DNA of 62,636 nt from Candidatus Limnocylindrales bacterium (lineage in GTDB: Bacteria; Chloroflexota; Limnocylindria; Limnocylindrales; CSP1-4), in the NCBI GenBank assembly GCA_049520815.1, contig JBEKPL010000003.1, forward strand, positions 1 through 62,636, written 5' to 3'. The notes beneath the pieces are model-generated. The model did no database searches. It was not told where the DNA came from and worked only from the letters and a program-made list of their open reading frames with translations. The translations under genes and the position numbers were made by a program. Shown here piece by piece: positions 36,240-44,320 of this stretch. Positions within the stretch are counted from its first letter, which is position 1. Each line of letters begins with the position of its first letter.

Positions 36240-37250
36240 CTACTTGAGCTTGAACGAATCCATGAAGTACTTGGGGTAGATCTCGTCACCGGGCGACGAC
36301 ATGGCCATGAGGACATAGAAGCGGGATCCCACGAACGCCATTCGAAGGTCGTAGACCGCTGTCTTGGTCGACATCGTCTCGTCCTTTGCCGGGTACGCGC
36401 CGACCGTCGAGTCGGATGTCGAAACCACCGTGCCGCCGGCACTCTGGGCCATGGAGGCGGCCATCACCGAGAGGAGCGTGGACGAGTCGATTCCCTTGAA
36501 CAGCGATGCGTCGAAATCGACGTACATCACCATGTATCCGTTCAACCCGCCCTGACCCGTGACGGCGTAGACGGTCGCGTCGCCCTTGTAGGCGCCCGTG
36601 CCTATCGCCTGGGTCATCTTGATCGGCTTCGGCGACGCACCCGGGAAGAGCACGCTCCACTTCCCATCCGGCGAGGTGTACCTGGTCCACGTGCCAGCAG
36701 GAGCCGGCTCGACGGTGCGCGTCGCCGGCGTCGGCTCTTCGGTGGCCACGGCCGAGCGGGTGGCATGCGGCGTAGGCGAGTCCGTGGGCACGTCCGTCGG
36801 CGATTCGGTCGGCGAGGCCACGGCAGTGGCAGAGGCCTCGGGCACGTGCGAGGCGCTCGAGGACTTGGGGAGCGCCACGAAGACGATGCCGCCGGCGACG
36901 ACGAGCAGTGCGATGCCGAGGAGGATGAGCGCAGCGCCGAGGTCCCTCCGGGGCGGCTGAGTCGCCGGCATCGGCGCGTATGCAGGCATCTGGCCAGGCC
37001 ATGGCGGGGGCGTCTGGCCCGGCATCTGACCGTAGGCTGGCGGGGGCATCTGGCCCGGCCCGGCCGAGCTCGCCGTGAACCGGGAGTCGAAGCCGCAGTT
37101 GCCGCACAGCGTGTAGCCGGGGTACAGAGGCGCGCCGCATCTTGGGCACCATGCCGGAGCGGGAACAGCGCGGAAGTCGAGTCCGCAGCCCCCGCAGATA
37201 GGAACGTCACCCTGGCGCGGAGTCCCGCATCGTGGACAGATGCCGATCAT
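36240..37250 (-). CDS. Double zinc-ribbon, Pro-rich, single-pass membrane protein with an extracytoplasmic domain
   Basis: CPRCGTP...CGGCG and CPRCGAP...CGNCG, PPPW repeats, TM AALILLGIALLVVAGGIVFVAL. GAGGGGGA before the ATG. Confidence 0.65.
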   Translation of the reverse strand: MIGICPRCGTPRQGDVPICGGCGLDFRAVPAPAWCPRCGAPLYPGYTLCGNCGFDSRFTASSAGPGQMPPPAYGQMPGQTPPPWPGQMPAYAPMPATQPPRRDLGAALILLGIALLVVAGGIVFVALPKSSSASHVPEASATAVASPTESPTDVPTDSPTPHATRSAVATEEPTPATRTVEPAPAGTWTRYTSPDGKWSVLFPGASPKPIKMTQAIGTGAYKGDATVYAVTGQGGLNGYMVMYVDFDASLFKGIDSSTLLSVMAASMAQSAGGTVVSTSDSTVGAYPAKDETMSTKTAVYDLRMAFVGSRFYVLMAMSSPGDEIYPKYFMDSFKLK

Positions 37251-37276
37251 CGAGTCCCCCTCTGTGCGCGAGAGAG

Positions 37277-37322
37277 TGGTCGGGGCGGAGCGATTCGAAC
37301 GCTCGGCCTCCTGAACCCCATT
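37277..37322 (-). repeat. Orphan 3' half of tRNA-Pro (att-like direct repeat of 39893..39938)
   Basis: 46/46 identity (tggtcggggcggagcgattcgaacgctcggcctcctgaaccccatt), from the CCA end through the anticodon into the anticodon loop. The sequence beyond it cannot form the 5' half. Confidence 0.92.
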
Positions 37323-37672
37323 TCGACCTCGGGCGCACCTGTGGGGTTCCGACAGACCCGCTCACGCACGATTATCGCCATTTGCCAGGCCCAGTGGAAT
37401 GCTCAGAACCGCACCGATCCGATGGCGTAAGGGATGCGGTAAGGGACAGACCCCGCCCTCCGGCCGCGCTGCGCCCCCCTCTCAGTCGGGTCTGCGCTGG
37501 GGTCAGAAGCAACGCCTCACCCGCCTCGACCCCTGCGGTCGGCGCTACTGGATTCAGACCGAGCCAACCGACCTGAATGTCCCATTCCAACTGGCCTGCG
37601 AACTCATCGGCCGTGACCGCTGGGCACACGAGGCTGCTGGCTCAGGGGGGCGGTCTGCCGCAACGCGCCCGC

Positions 37673-39055
37673 CTATTCCACGAGCAGGAAGATGGTGTTG
37701 TCGTTGTGAATCACGCAGACGATCACCACGTAGGTGCCGTCGCTAACTACCCAGGCCAAGTCGGCGGACATCGTCGAGACGGCCGCCGGCAGGGTTTCCG
37801 GTTGCCAGCTTCTACCGTCGGTCGAGGTCCAGACCCTCGGCGGCCCAGCCGGGCTTGTCGCCGTGTCGATCGATCCCCCGGCGGCGGCGACGTAGCCATT
37901 CGGACCCTTTCCAACGCTCGCGAGCCGACCCTGGCCGGGCGCCTCGCTCTGGGATAGCGTCTGCGAGAGTGTCCAGTGGAGTCCGTCCTGGCTGGTCCAC
38001 ACAGGCAGGCGACTCGTCTCATCCACTGATCCGAACGACACGTACCCGCCACCAGTTGCCTCGAGAACAGGCCCGAGACGGTAGTACTCGTATCCAAGGG
38101 GGGCGGGGCCCGTCCAGGCTTGCGTCCATGTCACCCCGTCGGGCGAGAACCATGTCGCCGCCCGATCTCCCAGAAAGCCCTCAATGGCGTAGCCGCCAGA
38201 CACCGAGATCAGTTGGAGGACGCTGGCGTTCCAGGGCAACCCGGCCGCGGTCACGCGCTGCCAGCTGGTCCCGTCGGCACTGCGCCACATCAGGTCGGGG
38301 CTCGCTGACTGGGCGAATGTCCAGGCGAGGTATCCGGCCGGCCCCACGGCCAGGCCGCTAACGCATTCGAGATCACCGGACGGTGCCGGGAGGATCGCGC
38401 TCTGCCACGTCTTGAAGTCGGATGTGGTCCAGGCTTCGAACGAGTTCGTCCCGGAACCCGCCCCGCCGTAGTTGGAGCAGCCGACGGCGACGGCCATGTC
38501 TCCCGAGTAGGCCACGGCCTCCACGGAGCCGGGCACCGTCGACTGCATCGTCCAGACGCTGCCGTCAGACGAAGTCAGAACGTCGCTTTCCGGGTTGAAG
38601 TCCTTGTCCTGGCGCAGAACGAAGGCAACGAAGCCCCCCTCGGGTCGCGCGAAGACGGTTGGGCCTCCCGGCGAGGCCTCGCCCTCCATGCTGGGCAGCT
38701 GGTCGACCACCAGGCGCCAGTGAGAGCCCGGCGCGGTCCTCGAAGTCGGTGTCGGGGCAGTGCTCGAACTGGCCGTGCTGCTGGGCATTGGACTCGATTG
38801 CCCGATTGGCGAACGCGAGTAGGTGAAGACAGAAGCAACGACCACGGCCAGGATGACCACGGCCGCGGCGGCGCCAACAAGGCTCGCCGCTCGGCCGGCC
38901 AGCCACAACCGCGGTCGACGGCTGCCCGGCCGCGTGGCCGTGACGGACTCGAGTGTCTCGCGCAGGGAGGCGGGCGCCTGACCGGGCGCCGACCTGGCCA
39001 ACCAGACGCGGATCGCCTTCTCCTCGCGTGTCTCCTCGACCCGTGGACCGTTCAT
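37673..39055 (-). CDS. Anti-sigma factor-like membrane protein with an extracytoplasmic Asp-box (BNR) beta-propeller
   Basis: Start MNGPRVEE overlaps the sigma stop (ATGA). One TM (LVGAAAAVVILAVVVASVF). Six S-x-D-G-x-x-W repeats (SSDGSVWT, SADGTSWQ, SPDGVTWT, SQDGLHWT, STDGRSWQ, TSDFKTWQ). Confidence 0.65.
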   Translation of the reverse strand: MNGPRVEETREEKAIRVWLARSAPGQAPASLRETLESVTATRPGSRRPRLWLAGRAASLVGAAAAVVILAVVVASVFTYSRSPIGQSSPMPSSTASSSTAPTPTSRTAPGSHWRLVVDQLPSMEGEASPGGPTVFARPEGGFVAFVLRQDKDFNPESDVLTSSDGSVWTMQSTVPGSVEAVAYSGDMAVAVGCSNYGGAGSGTNSFEAWTTSDFKTWQSAILPAPSGDLECVSGLAVGPAGYLAWTFAQSASPDLMWRSADGTSWQRVTAAGLPWNASVLQLISVSGGYAIEGFLGDRAATWFSPDGVTWTQAWTGPAPLGYEYYRLGPVLEATGGGYVSFGSVDETSRLPVWTSQDGLHWTLSQTLSQSEAPGQGRLASVGKGPNGYVAAAGGSIDTATSPAGPPRVWTSTDGRSWQPETLPAAVSTMSADLAWVVSDGTYVVIVCVIHNDNTIFLLVE

Positions 39056-39690
39056 CTGGAGGCCTCCTCGAAGGGCGCCATCGCTTTCCGCATGGACTTG
39101 AGGGCGTAGTGAAGCCGCGACTTCACGGTTCCGGCAGGAACGGCCAGCCGTTCGGCGATCTCGTCCACCGAGAGGTCCCGCCAGTAGCGCAGGACGACGA
39201 CGATGCGCTGATCGGGCGTCAGCCGCTCGAAAGCCGGAGCCAGCTCCATCCGGCTCAGCGCGCCAGCGTGCGTGTCGGCGGCAGGTTCGGCTATCGCGTC
39301 GGCCAGCTCGACGACGCGAATGGTTCGACCGTGGCGCAGCCGGTTGCGGCAGACGTTCACCAGAATCCGATCGAACCAGGCGTCGAAACGGCTCGGGTCG
39401 CGAAGGCTGCTCCAACGCGACCAGGCTCGGGCGATGGCCTCCTGAGTGGCGTCCTCGGCCTCGTCGCGATTGCGCAGGACGAGGGTGGCGAGCCGGTAGC
39501 TCTGCAGCAGCCGGGCGTTGTCGAAGGCCGTGAAGGCTTCGACCCGCCGGTCACGCCAGACCCGATCCGGGGAGGACTCGGGATGGGCGTCACCGGTGAC
39601 GATCGATCCCAACGGCGGCTTTCTAGAACCCCGCAGAAGCTGCAACCGGACCTCCCGTGCCATTCTGGCGGCCCTCGCATCGCGCCGCAC
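39052..39690 (-). CDS. ECF-type RNA polymerase sigma factor (start uncertain)
   Basis: Region 2 (LRNRDEAEDATQEAIARAW...FDAWFDRILVNVCRNRLR) and region 4 (LTPDQRIVVVLRYWRDLSVDEIAERLAVPAGTVKSRLHYAL). Confidence 0.85.
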   Translation of the reverse strand: MRRDARAARMAREVRLQLLRGSRKPPLGSIVTGDAHPESSPDRVWRDRRVEAFTAFDNARLLQSYRLATLVLRNRDEAEDATQEAIARAWSRWSSLRDPSRFDAWFDRILVNVCRNRLRHGRTIRVVELADAIAEPAADTHAGALSRMELAPAFERLTPDQRIVVVLRYWRDLSVDEIAERLAVPAGTVKSRLHYALKSMRKAMAPFEEASR

Positions 39691-39816
39691 GGCGCCTGAA
39701 CTTCAGACACGCCAGGGGTCTTGAACGTTCAATGCGCGGCGATGCCGAGACCTACGGAGGGTCGCCGGTGAGATCTTGGGCGCGTGCACGCTCGACTGGT
39801 CGCCGCCCATCCTCAG

Positions 39817-39849
39817 CCAAACGAAAACGCCTGGCCGTTGGGCCAGGCG
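39817..39849 (-). terminator. Canonical intrinsic terminator just downstream of tRNA-Pro
   Basis: Minus strand reads CGCCUGGCC, a 5-nt loop, GGCCAGGCG, then UUUUCGUUU. It is the only hairpin I found in the window with a clear U-tract. Confidence 0.6.
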
Positions 39850-39892
39850 CTGCTCAATGTTGGATTGTTGCCTATGCAACAAGTGATGGGAA

Positions 39893-39969
39893 TGGTCGGG
39901 GCGGAGCGATTCGAACGCTCGGCCTCCTGAACCCCATTCAGGTGCGCTACCAGGCTGCGCCACGCCCCG
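39893..39969 (-). tRNA. tRNA-Pro (anticodon GGG), CCA encoded
   Basis: Reverse complement is CGGGGCGTGGCGCAGCCTGGTAGCGCACCTGAATGGGGTTCAGGAGGCCGAGCGTTCGAATCGCTCCGCCCCGACCA. Anticodon stem CCTGA/TCAGG, loop ATGGGGT. Confidence 0.92.
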
Positions 39970-40048
39970 ACGCCCGACAGGATAGCAGACGGCGAAAGCG
40001 CTCCCGCGCGACCGCTCTCGTTGCGCGACCGCAAGGCGCCTTCGGCCT

Positions 40049-41683
40049 TCAGCGCTGCGGGTGGCGCTTGCCCGTGGTGAGCCGCTTGGAGCCGCTCGTC
40101 CCCTTGCGCGTCGGCCTGGGACCCGGGCCGGCCGATGAGCTCGAGCGCGAGACCGCGGCCGATCGGGGCGAATGACTCCCGGCGCCGCCTCTCGCCGGGC
40201 CTTCCGATCGTCCGCTGGCCCGTTCGCGGAAGACGAGCCGCACGGGCGTCCCGTCGAAGCCGAACCCAGCGCGAAGCTGGTTCTCGAGGAAGCGCTTGTA
40301 GCTGAAGTGGACCTGGTCCGCGTGACGCGCGAAGAAGACGAATGTCGGCGGCGCCACCGCCACCTGAGTCGCGTAGAAGATCTTGGGCGGGCCCAGCTTC
40401 CCGGCCGGCGGCGCCTGGCGGAGAGATGCCGCGCGTATGAGGCGGTTCAGCTCCGGCGTTGGGATGCGCTTTCGCCGCTCGCCCCAGACGTCCACGGCCA
40501 GCTCCAGCACGCGGCTCACACGCTGGCCGGTCTTGGCGCTGATGGACACGACCGGCGCGAAGTCCAGGAACGGCACCTCTCTGCGCATGGCGGACACGTA
40601 CTCGTCGAAGGTGCGATCCGTCTTCTCGGCCAGCAGGTCCCACTTGTTCAGGGCGATGACCAGGCCCCTGCCCTCTTCGGCCACGAAGCCGGCCACGTGC
40701 GCGTCCTGGGCCGTGAGGCCCTGGAACGCGTCGACCACCAGGACAGCCACGTCCGCCCGATCCACGGCCTTGAGCGCCCGCAGCGTCGAGTAGCGTTGGG
40801 CGTCCTGGCCGCTGGCCACCTTGCCGGGTCTCTTAATGCCGGCCGTGTCGATCAGGACGATCTCGCCGCAACCCCACGCCAGATGGGTGTCGATGGCGTC
40901 CCGAGTGGTCCCGGGGATCTCGCTCACGATGGCCCGATCCTCGCCGAGCAGCGAGTTGAGCAGGCTCGACTTGCCGACGTTGGGCCTTCCGACCAGGGCG
41001 ATCGAAATCGATCCCTCTTCCTCCTCGAAACCCGAGGGCAGCTCCGCGCCATCGCCGGCCGGCAGCTCGACCGCCTCGGCGTCACCCGCGCGCACGGTGG
41101 AGAGGCGTCCGGCAGCCATGTCGCGAGCCCACTCGTCCGCCTCCGCCTGGCGACGCTTGCGCGCCAGCTCCTTCTCGCTCTCGGCTGGGAGGGCCCAGAC
41201 GATCGCGTCCAGCAGGTCCGCCACGCCCCGGCCGTGGGCCGCGCTGATCGCGTAGGTCTCTTCCCAGCCGAGCGAGTAGAACTCGGCGGCTTCGGTCTCG
41301 CGCTTGTCGTTGTCCGCCTTGTTGGCGGCCACGAGGACCGGCGCCCTGGCCTTTCGGAGCAGGCCAGCAGCCTCCTGGTCCGCCGGCGTCATGCCGGAGA
41401 TGCAGTCCACGACAAACACGATTACGTCGGCCTCGCCGATCGCCACACGCGCCTGCTCCTGGACCTTCTCCTCGATGGGATCGCCGGGGCGGATCTCGAG
41501 ACCCCCGGTGTCTACCGCGATGAAGCGCCGGCCGTTCCAATCCGCGTCGCCGTAGATCCGGTCGCGGGTGGTTCGGGCGCGGTCTTCCACGACTGCCGTG
41601 CGGTGGCCGACGATGCGGTTGAAGAGGGTGCTCTTGCCGACGTTCGGGCGGCCGACGATAGCGACGATGGGCAGGGAGGTCAC
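40049..41683 (-). CDS. der: Ribosome-biogenesis GTPase Der (EngA) with an inter-domain insert and a basic C-terminal tail
   Basis: Two G domains (GRPNVGKSTLFNR and GRPNVGKSSLLNS) and a KH-like domain. The last 70 aa or so are Arg/Ser/Gly-rich. Confidence 0.95.
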   Translation of the reverse strand: MTSLPIVAIVGRPNVGKSTLFNRIVGHRTAVVEDRARTTRDRIYGDADWNGRRFIAVDTGGLEIRPGDPIEEKVQEQARVAIGEADVIVFVVDCISGMTPADQEAAGLLRKARAPVLVAANKADNDKRETEAAEFYSLGWEETYAISAAHGRGVADLLDAIVWALPAESEKELARKRRQAEADEWARDMAAGRLSTVRAGDAEAVELPAGDGAELPSGFEEEEGSISIALVGRPNVGKSSLLNSLLGEDRAIVSEIPGTTRDAIDTHLAWGCGEIVLIDTAGIKRPGKVASGQDAQRYSTLRALKAVDRADVAVLVVDAFQGLTAQDAHVAGFVAEEGRGLVIALNKWDLLAEKTDRTFDEYVSAMRREVPFLDFAPVVSISAKTGQRVSRVLELAVDVWGERRKRIPTPELNRLIRAASLRQAPPAGKLGPPKIFYATQVAVAPPTFVFFARHADQVHFSYKRFLENQLRAGFGFDGTPVRLVFRERASGRSEGPARGGAGSHSPRSAAVSRSSSSAGPGPRPTRKGTSGSKRLTTGKRHPQR

Positions 41684-41726
41684 CGGGGGATTATGGCCGA
41701 TCCGGCCCGGGCCCCGGTGAGTGGCG

Positions 41727-42704
41727 TCAGGCGGCGCCGGCGGCGAGCGGCAGGGACGTTGTCCGGCCGGCCGGCGTGGCCGCGGCGGCGAGGGCGGCCG
41801 TGGCCAGCTCCTCCGCGCCAGCGGCCGCTTCCGGCGTCCCGGCGACCCTCAGGATGCGCTCGGCGACGGAGCGCAGGTCCTCGATCGGGGTGGAGGTGCC
41901 GCCCGTTACGCCGACCACGCGGGCTCCGTCGAAGGCGGACCCGTCGGTCAGGTCATCCTCCGATTCGATCTGGAGGGCGCGCGTACCGATGATCTCGCAC
42001 AGTCGAGTCAGCTCCTTCGTGTTGGCGCTCGATCGGCCGCCCACGACGACCATCACATCGACCTCGGAGGCGGTATCGATCGTGTCCTGCTGCCGGCGAA
42101 TCGTGACCGGGCAGACGGTGTTGACGATCTTCAGCTCGTGGCACCGTCCCACCATGAAGGCGGCCAGCTTCTCGAACTTCCAGGGCGGCTGCGTGCTCTG
42201 GCTGAGCAGCGCCATCTTCTTGCGACGCGGGATCCGCTCCCAGTCCGCCTCCTCGTCGACCACGATGGCATCGGGCGCGAACCCGAGCAGACCGACGACC
42301 TCCGGGTGGCGGGGCGTGCCGAGGAGGACTATCGAGTAGCCCTCTTCGACGAGCCGGGTGATCTCGCGCTGCTCCTGGATCACCCAGGTGCAGGTGCCAT
42401 CGATGACGTCGAGGCCGCGCGCGTCGGCCCGGGCCAGCACCTCAGGCCGAACACCGTGCGCCCGGATGACCACCGCCGACCCAGCGTGAACGTCGTCGAG
42501 GGTATCGACGGTCTCGATCCCCTGGGCCGCCAGGGCCGCGATGACGCCCTCGTTGTGGACCACCTGGCCGAGGGTGTGAGTGTGCTTGCCGGCGGCGGCG
42601 GATTCCTTGGCTTTGTCGATGGCCTCGCGCACGCCGTAGCAGAACCCCGTGCGCCTGGCTATGCGGACCGCTTGAACGTTGCCCATTGCGCTTGAGTATC
42701 CCAC
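41727..42704 (-). CDS. ispH: 4-hydroxy-3-methylbut-2-enyl diphosphate reductase
   Basis: GFCYGVREAIDKA, HNEGVI, VCPVTIRRQ, VVGGRSSANTKEL. The start may be Met7 (42686). Confidence 0.92.
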   Translation of the reverse strand: MGYSSAMGNVQAVRIARRTGFCYGVREAIDKAKESAAAGKHTHTLGQVVHNEGVIAALAAQGIETVDTLDDVHAGSAVVIRAHGVRPEVLARADARGLDVIDGTCTWVIQEQREITRLVEEGYSIVLLGTPRHPEVVGLLGFAPDAIVVDEEADWERIPRRKKMALLSQSTQPPWKFEKLAAFMVGRCHELKIVNTVCPVTIRRQQDTIDTASEVDVMVVVGGRSSANTKELTRLCEIIGTRALQIESEDDLTDGSAFDGARVVGVTGGTSTPIEDLRSVAERILRVAGTPEAAAGAEELATAALAAAATPAGRTTSLPLAAGAA

Positions 42705-42764
42705 GGAGAGCCCATGAGGCCCACCGAGGCCGGGCGGTGTCGCGCGATCCGGCGCGAATGCTCC

Positions 42765-44216
42765 CTACGGGTCCCGATGGCCCACGCCGCCCACGGCCTC
42801 AGCGTAGACCCCCTGCTGCTCGGGCGGGAGGAGCTCGGCGACGTGGCGCATCATCTCGACGGTGGCAAGGCGCAGGGACTCGTGGCGGTCGGGGCCCTTG
42901 GGCATCGAGAGCGTGAAGGTCTCCCCCACCCTGACCGTCATGCGGCGGCCGGGCCGGGGGAACAGCTTGCCTTTCGGCCAGAAACGCTGCGCGCCGACGA
43001 TCGCGATCGGGAGGATCGGCGCCGTGCTGCGGACGGCCAGGACCGTGGCTCCCTCCTTGGCTTCGCGAAGCGCCCCGTCCGGAGAGCGAGTTCCTTCCGG
43101 GAATACCGTCAGCACGCCGCCCTCGTCGAGCACGCTCTTGGCGAGCTTGAAGGCCTCCAGGTCGCCTGCGCCACGACGAACGCCGAAGACTCCGTTCTGA
43201 CGCATCCCCCAGCCGAAGAGGGGCCATCGCAGCGCCTCCTCCTTGCCCAGCCAGCGCATCGGCCGCCTCATCGCGGGCACCACATAGCCCATCAGAAGCA
43301 TCCCATCGGCGTTGGACGCGTGGTTGCAGATGACCAGCAGCGGTCCATCCGAGGGGATGTTTGCCGCACCTTCGAGCCGCACGCGCGTCAGGCACGCGGC
43401 GACGACTCGCAGAACGGCTCCGCTGAAGCGCGGGAAGAACGGCAGATGCCTACCGGCCGTAGCCACTCCGGCGACCGGTCCGCTACCGTCCGCGACCGGA
43501 GCCTCCCTGAGCCGAGCCTCCGCGTCCCGAATGGCCCGCACGACCAGGGCGACCGTCTCGGCCAAGGTGATGCCTTCGGTCTGCACCAAGATCGCGTCCG
43601 GGGCGGCCTTGAGTGCTGCGGTCTCCCGGCTCGAGTCGATGGCGTCACGGCGCTTCAGCTCGTCGAGGATCTGCTGGGCTTTCGAAGCCGCGACGGTGCG
43701 TCGTTGGGCGGCTCGCCGCCTGGCGCGCTCCTCGGCCGAGGCGTCAAGGAAGATCTTCACATCCGCGTCGGGCAGGATGACCGTGCCGATGTCGCGCCCG
43801 GCCATGATGATCCCGCCCTCGGCGGCGATGGCGCGCTGGCGCGCCACTAGCGCGGCCCGCAGCTCCGGGACTCTCGAGTAGTCCGAGACGGACCTGTCCA
43901 CGACCGCGCGCCGGACCTCGCGCGTCACGTCGCGGCCATCGGCCTCGACCCGTCGGAGGCGGCCCCGCGCGTCGGCCAGGAGATGGACCTCGGCGGCGAG
44001 TGGGACCACGGCCGCCGCATCCGTGGCCGCCACACCGCGCTGCAGGGCCAGCCACGTTACCGCCCGGTACAGCAGGCCCGTGTCGCAGAAGCGGTAGCGG
44101 AGCCGGCGCGCGGCCTCTGCCCCGACGGTGCTCTTACCGCTGGAGCTGGGCCCGTCGATCGCGACGACAGGCAGTCGTGCGGGTGGGGCGGGCGTAGCCT
44201 GGCGGTCGCTGCTCAC
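42765..44216 (-). CDS. Fusion protein: cytidylate kinase plus 1-acyl-sn-glycerol-3-phosphate acyltransferase (LPLAT)
   Basis: N-terminal half: VVAIDGPSSSGKSTVG...CDTGLLYRAVTW...GRDIGTVILPDA (Cmk). C-terminal half: NHASNAD (HX4D) and VFPEGTRS (PlsC motifs). One uninterrupted 483-aa frame. Confidence 0.85.
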   Translation of the reverse strand: MSSDRQATPAPPARLPVVAIDGPSSSGKSTVGAEAARRLRYRFCDTGLLYRAVTWLALQRGVAATDAAAVVPLAAEVHLLADARGRLRRVEADGRDVTREVRRAVVDRSVSDYSRVPELRAALVARQRAIAAEGGIIMAGRDIGTVILPDADVKIFLDASAEERARRRAAQRRTVAASKAQQILDELKRRDAIDSSRETAALKAAPDAILVQTEGITLAETVALVVRAIRDAEARLREAPVADGSGPVAGVATAGRHLPFFPRFSGAVLRVVAACLTRVRLEGAANIPSDGPLLVICNHASNADGMLLMGYVVPAMRRPMRWLGKEEALRWPLFGWGMRQNGVFGVRRGAGDLEAFKLAKSVLDEGGVLTVFPEGTRSPDGALREAKEGATVLAVRSTAPILPIAIVGAQRFWPKGKLFPRPGRRMTVRVGETFTLSMPKGPDRHESLRLATVEMMRHVAELLPPEQQGVYAEAVGGVGHRDP

Positions 44217-44241
44217 GCCTCGCAGGATAGCGTGGCCAGTC

Positions 44242-44276
44242 GCAGAGGGCCTCCGTCTGTCTCGGAGGCCCTCTGC
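44242..44276 (-). terminator. Perfect 14-bp GC-rich hairpin (terminator-like, no U-tract)
   Basis: GCAGAGGGCCTCCG, a 7-nt loop, then CGGAGGCCCTCTGC, 45 nt downstream of the repeat-protein stop. Confidence 0.45.
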
Positions 44277-44320
44277 CGCGATGACCCAACGGTGACCAGC
44301 CTTGGCTGGGCTGCGAGCAC

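Larger units (their letters stand above)
37277..39938 (-). mobile_element. tRNA-Pro-associated islet bounded by 46-bp direct repeats; no integrase (remnant or minimal island)
   Basis: Classical arrangement: intact tRNA, then cargo, then a displaced 3' tRNA fragment. Cargo is an ECF sigma, an anti-sigma, and 350 nt of non-coding DNA. Confidence 0.5.

Noticed and set aside
37323-37672. Possible integrase or excisionase pseudogene in the 350-nt non-coding part of the tRNA-Pro islet
   Set aside because: I read all six frames. There are no R...HxxR...Y or helix-turn-helix-like fragments, only low-complexity peptides. Degraded remnants below visual detection cannot be excluded without tblastx.
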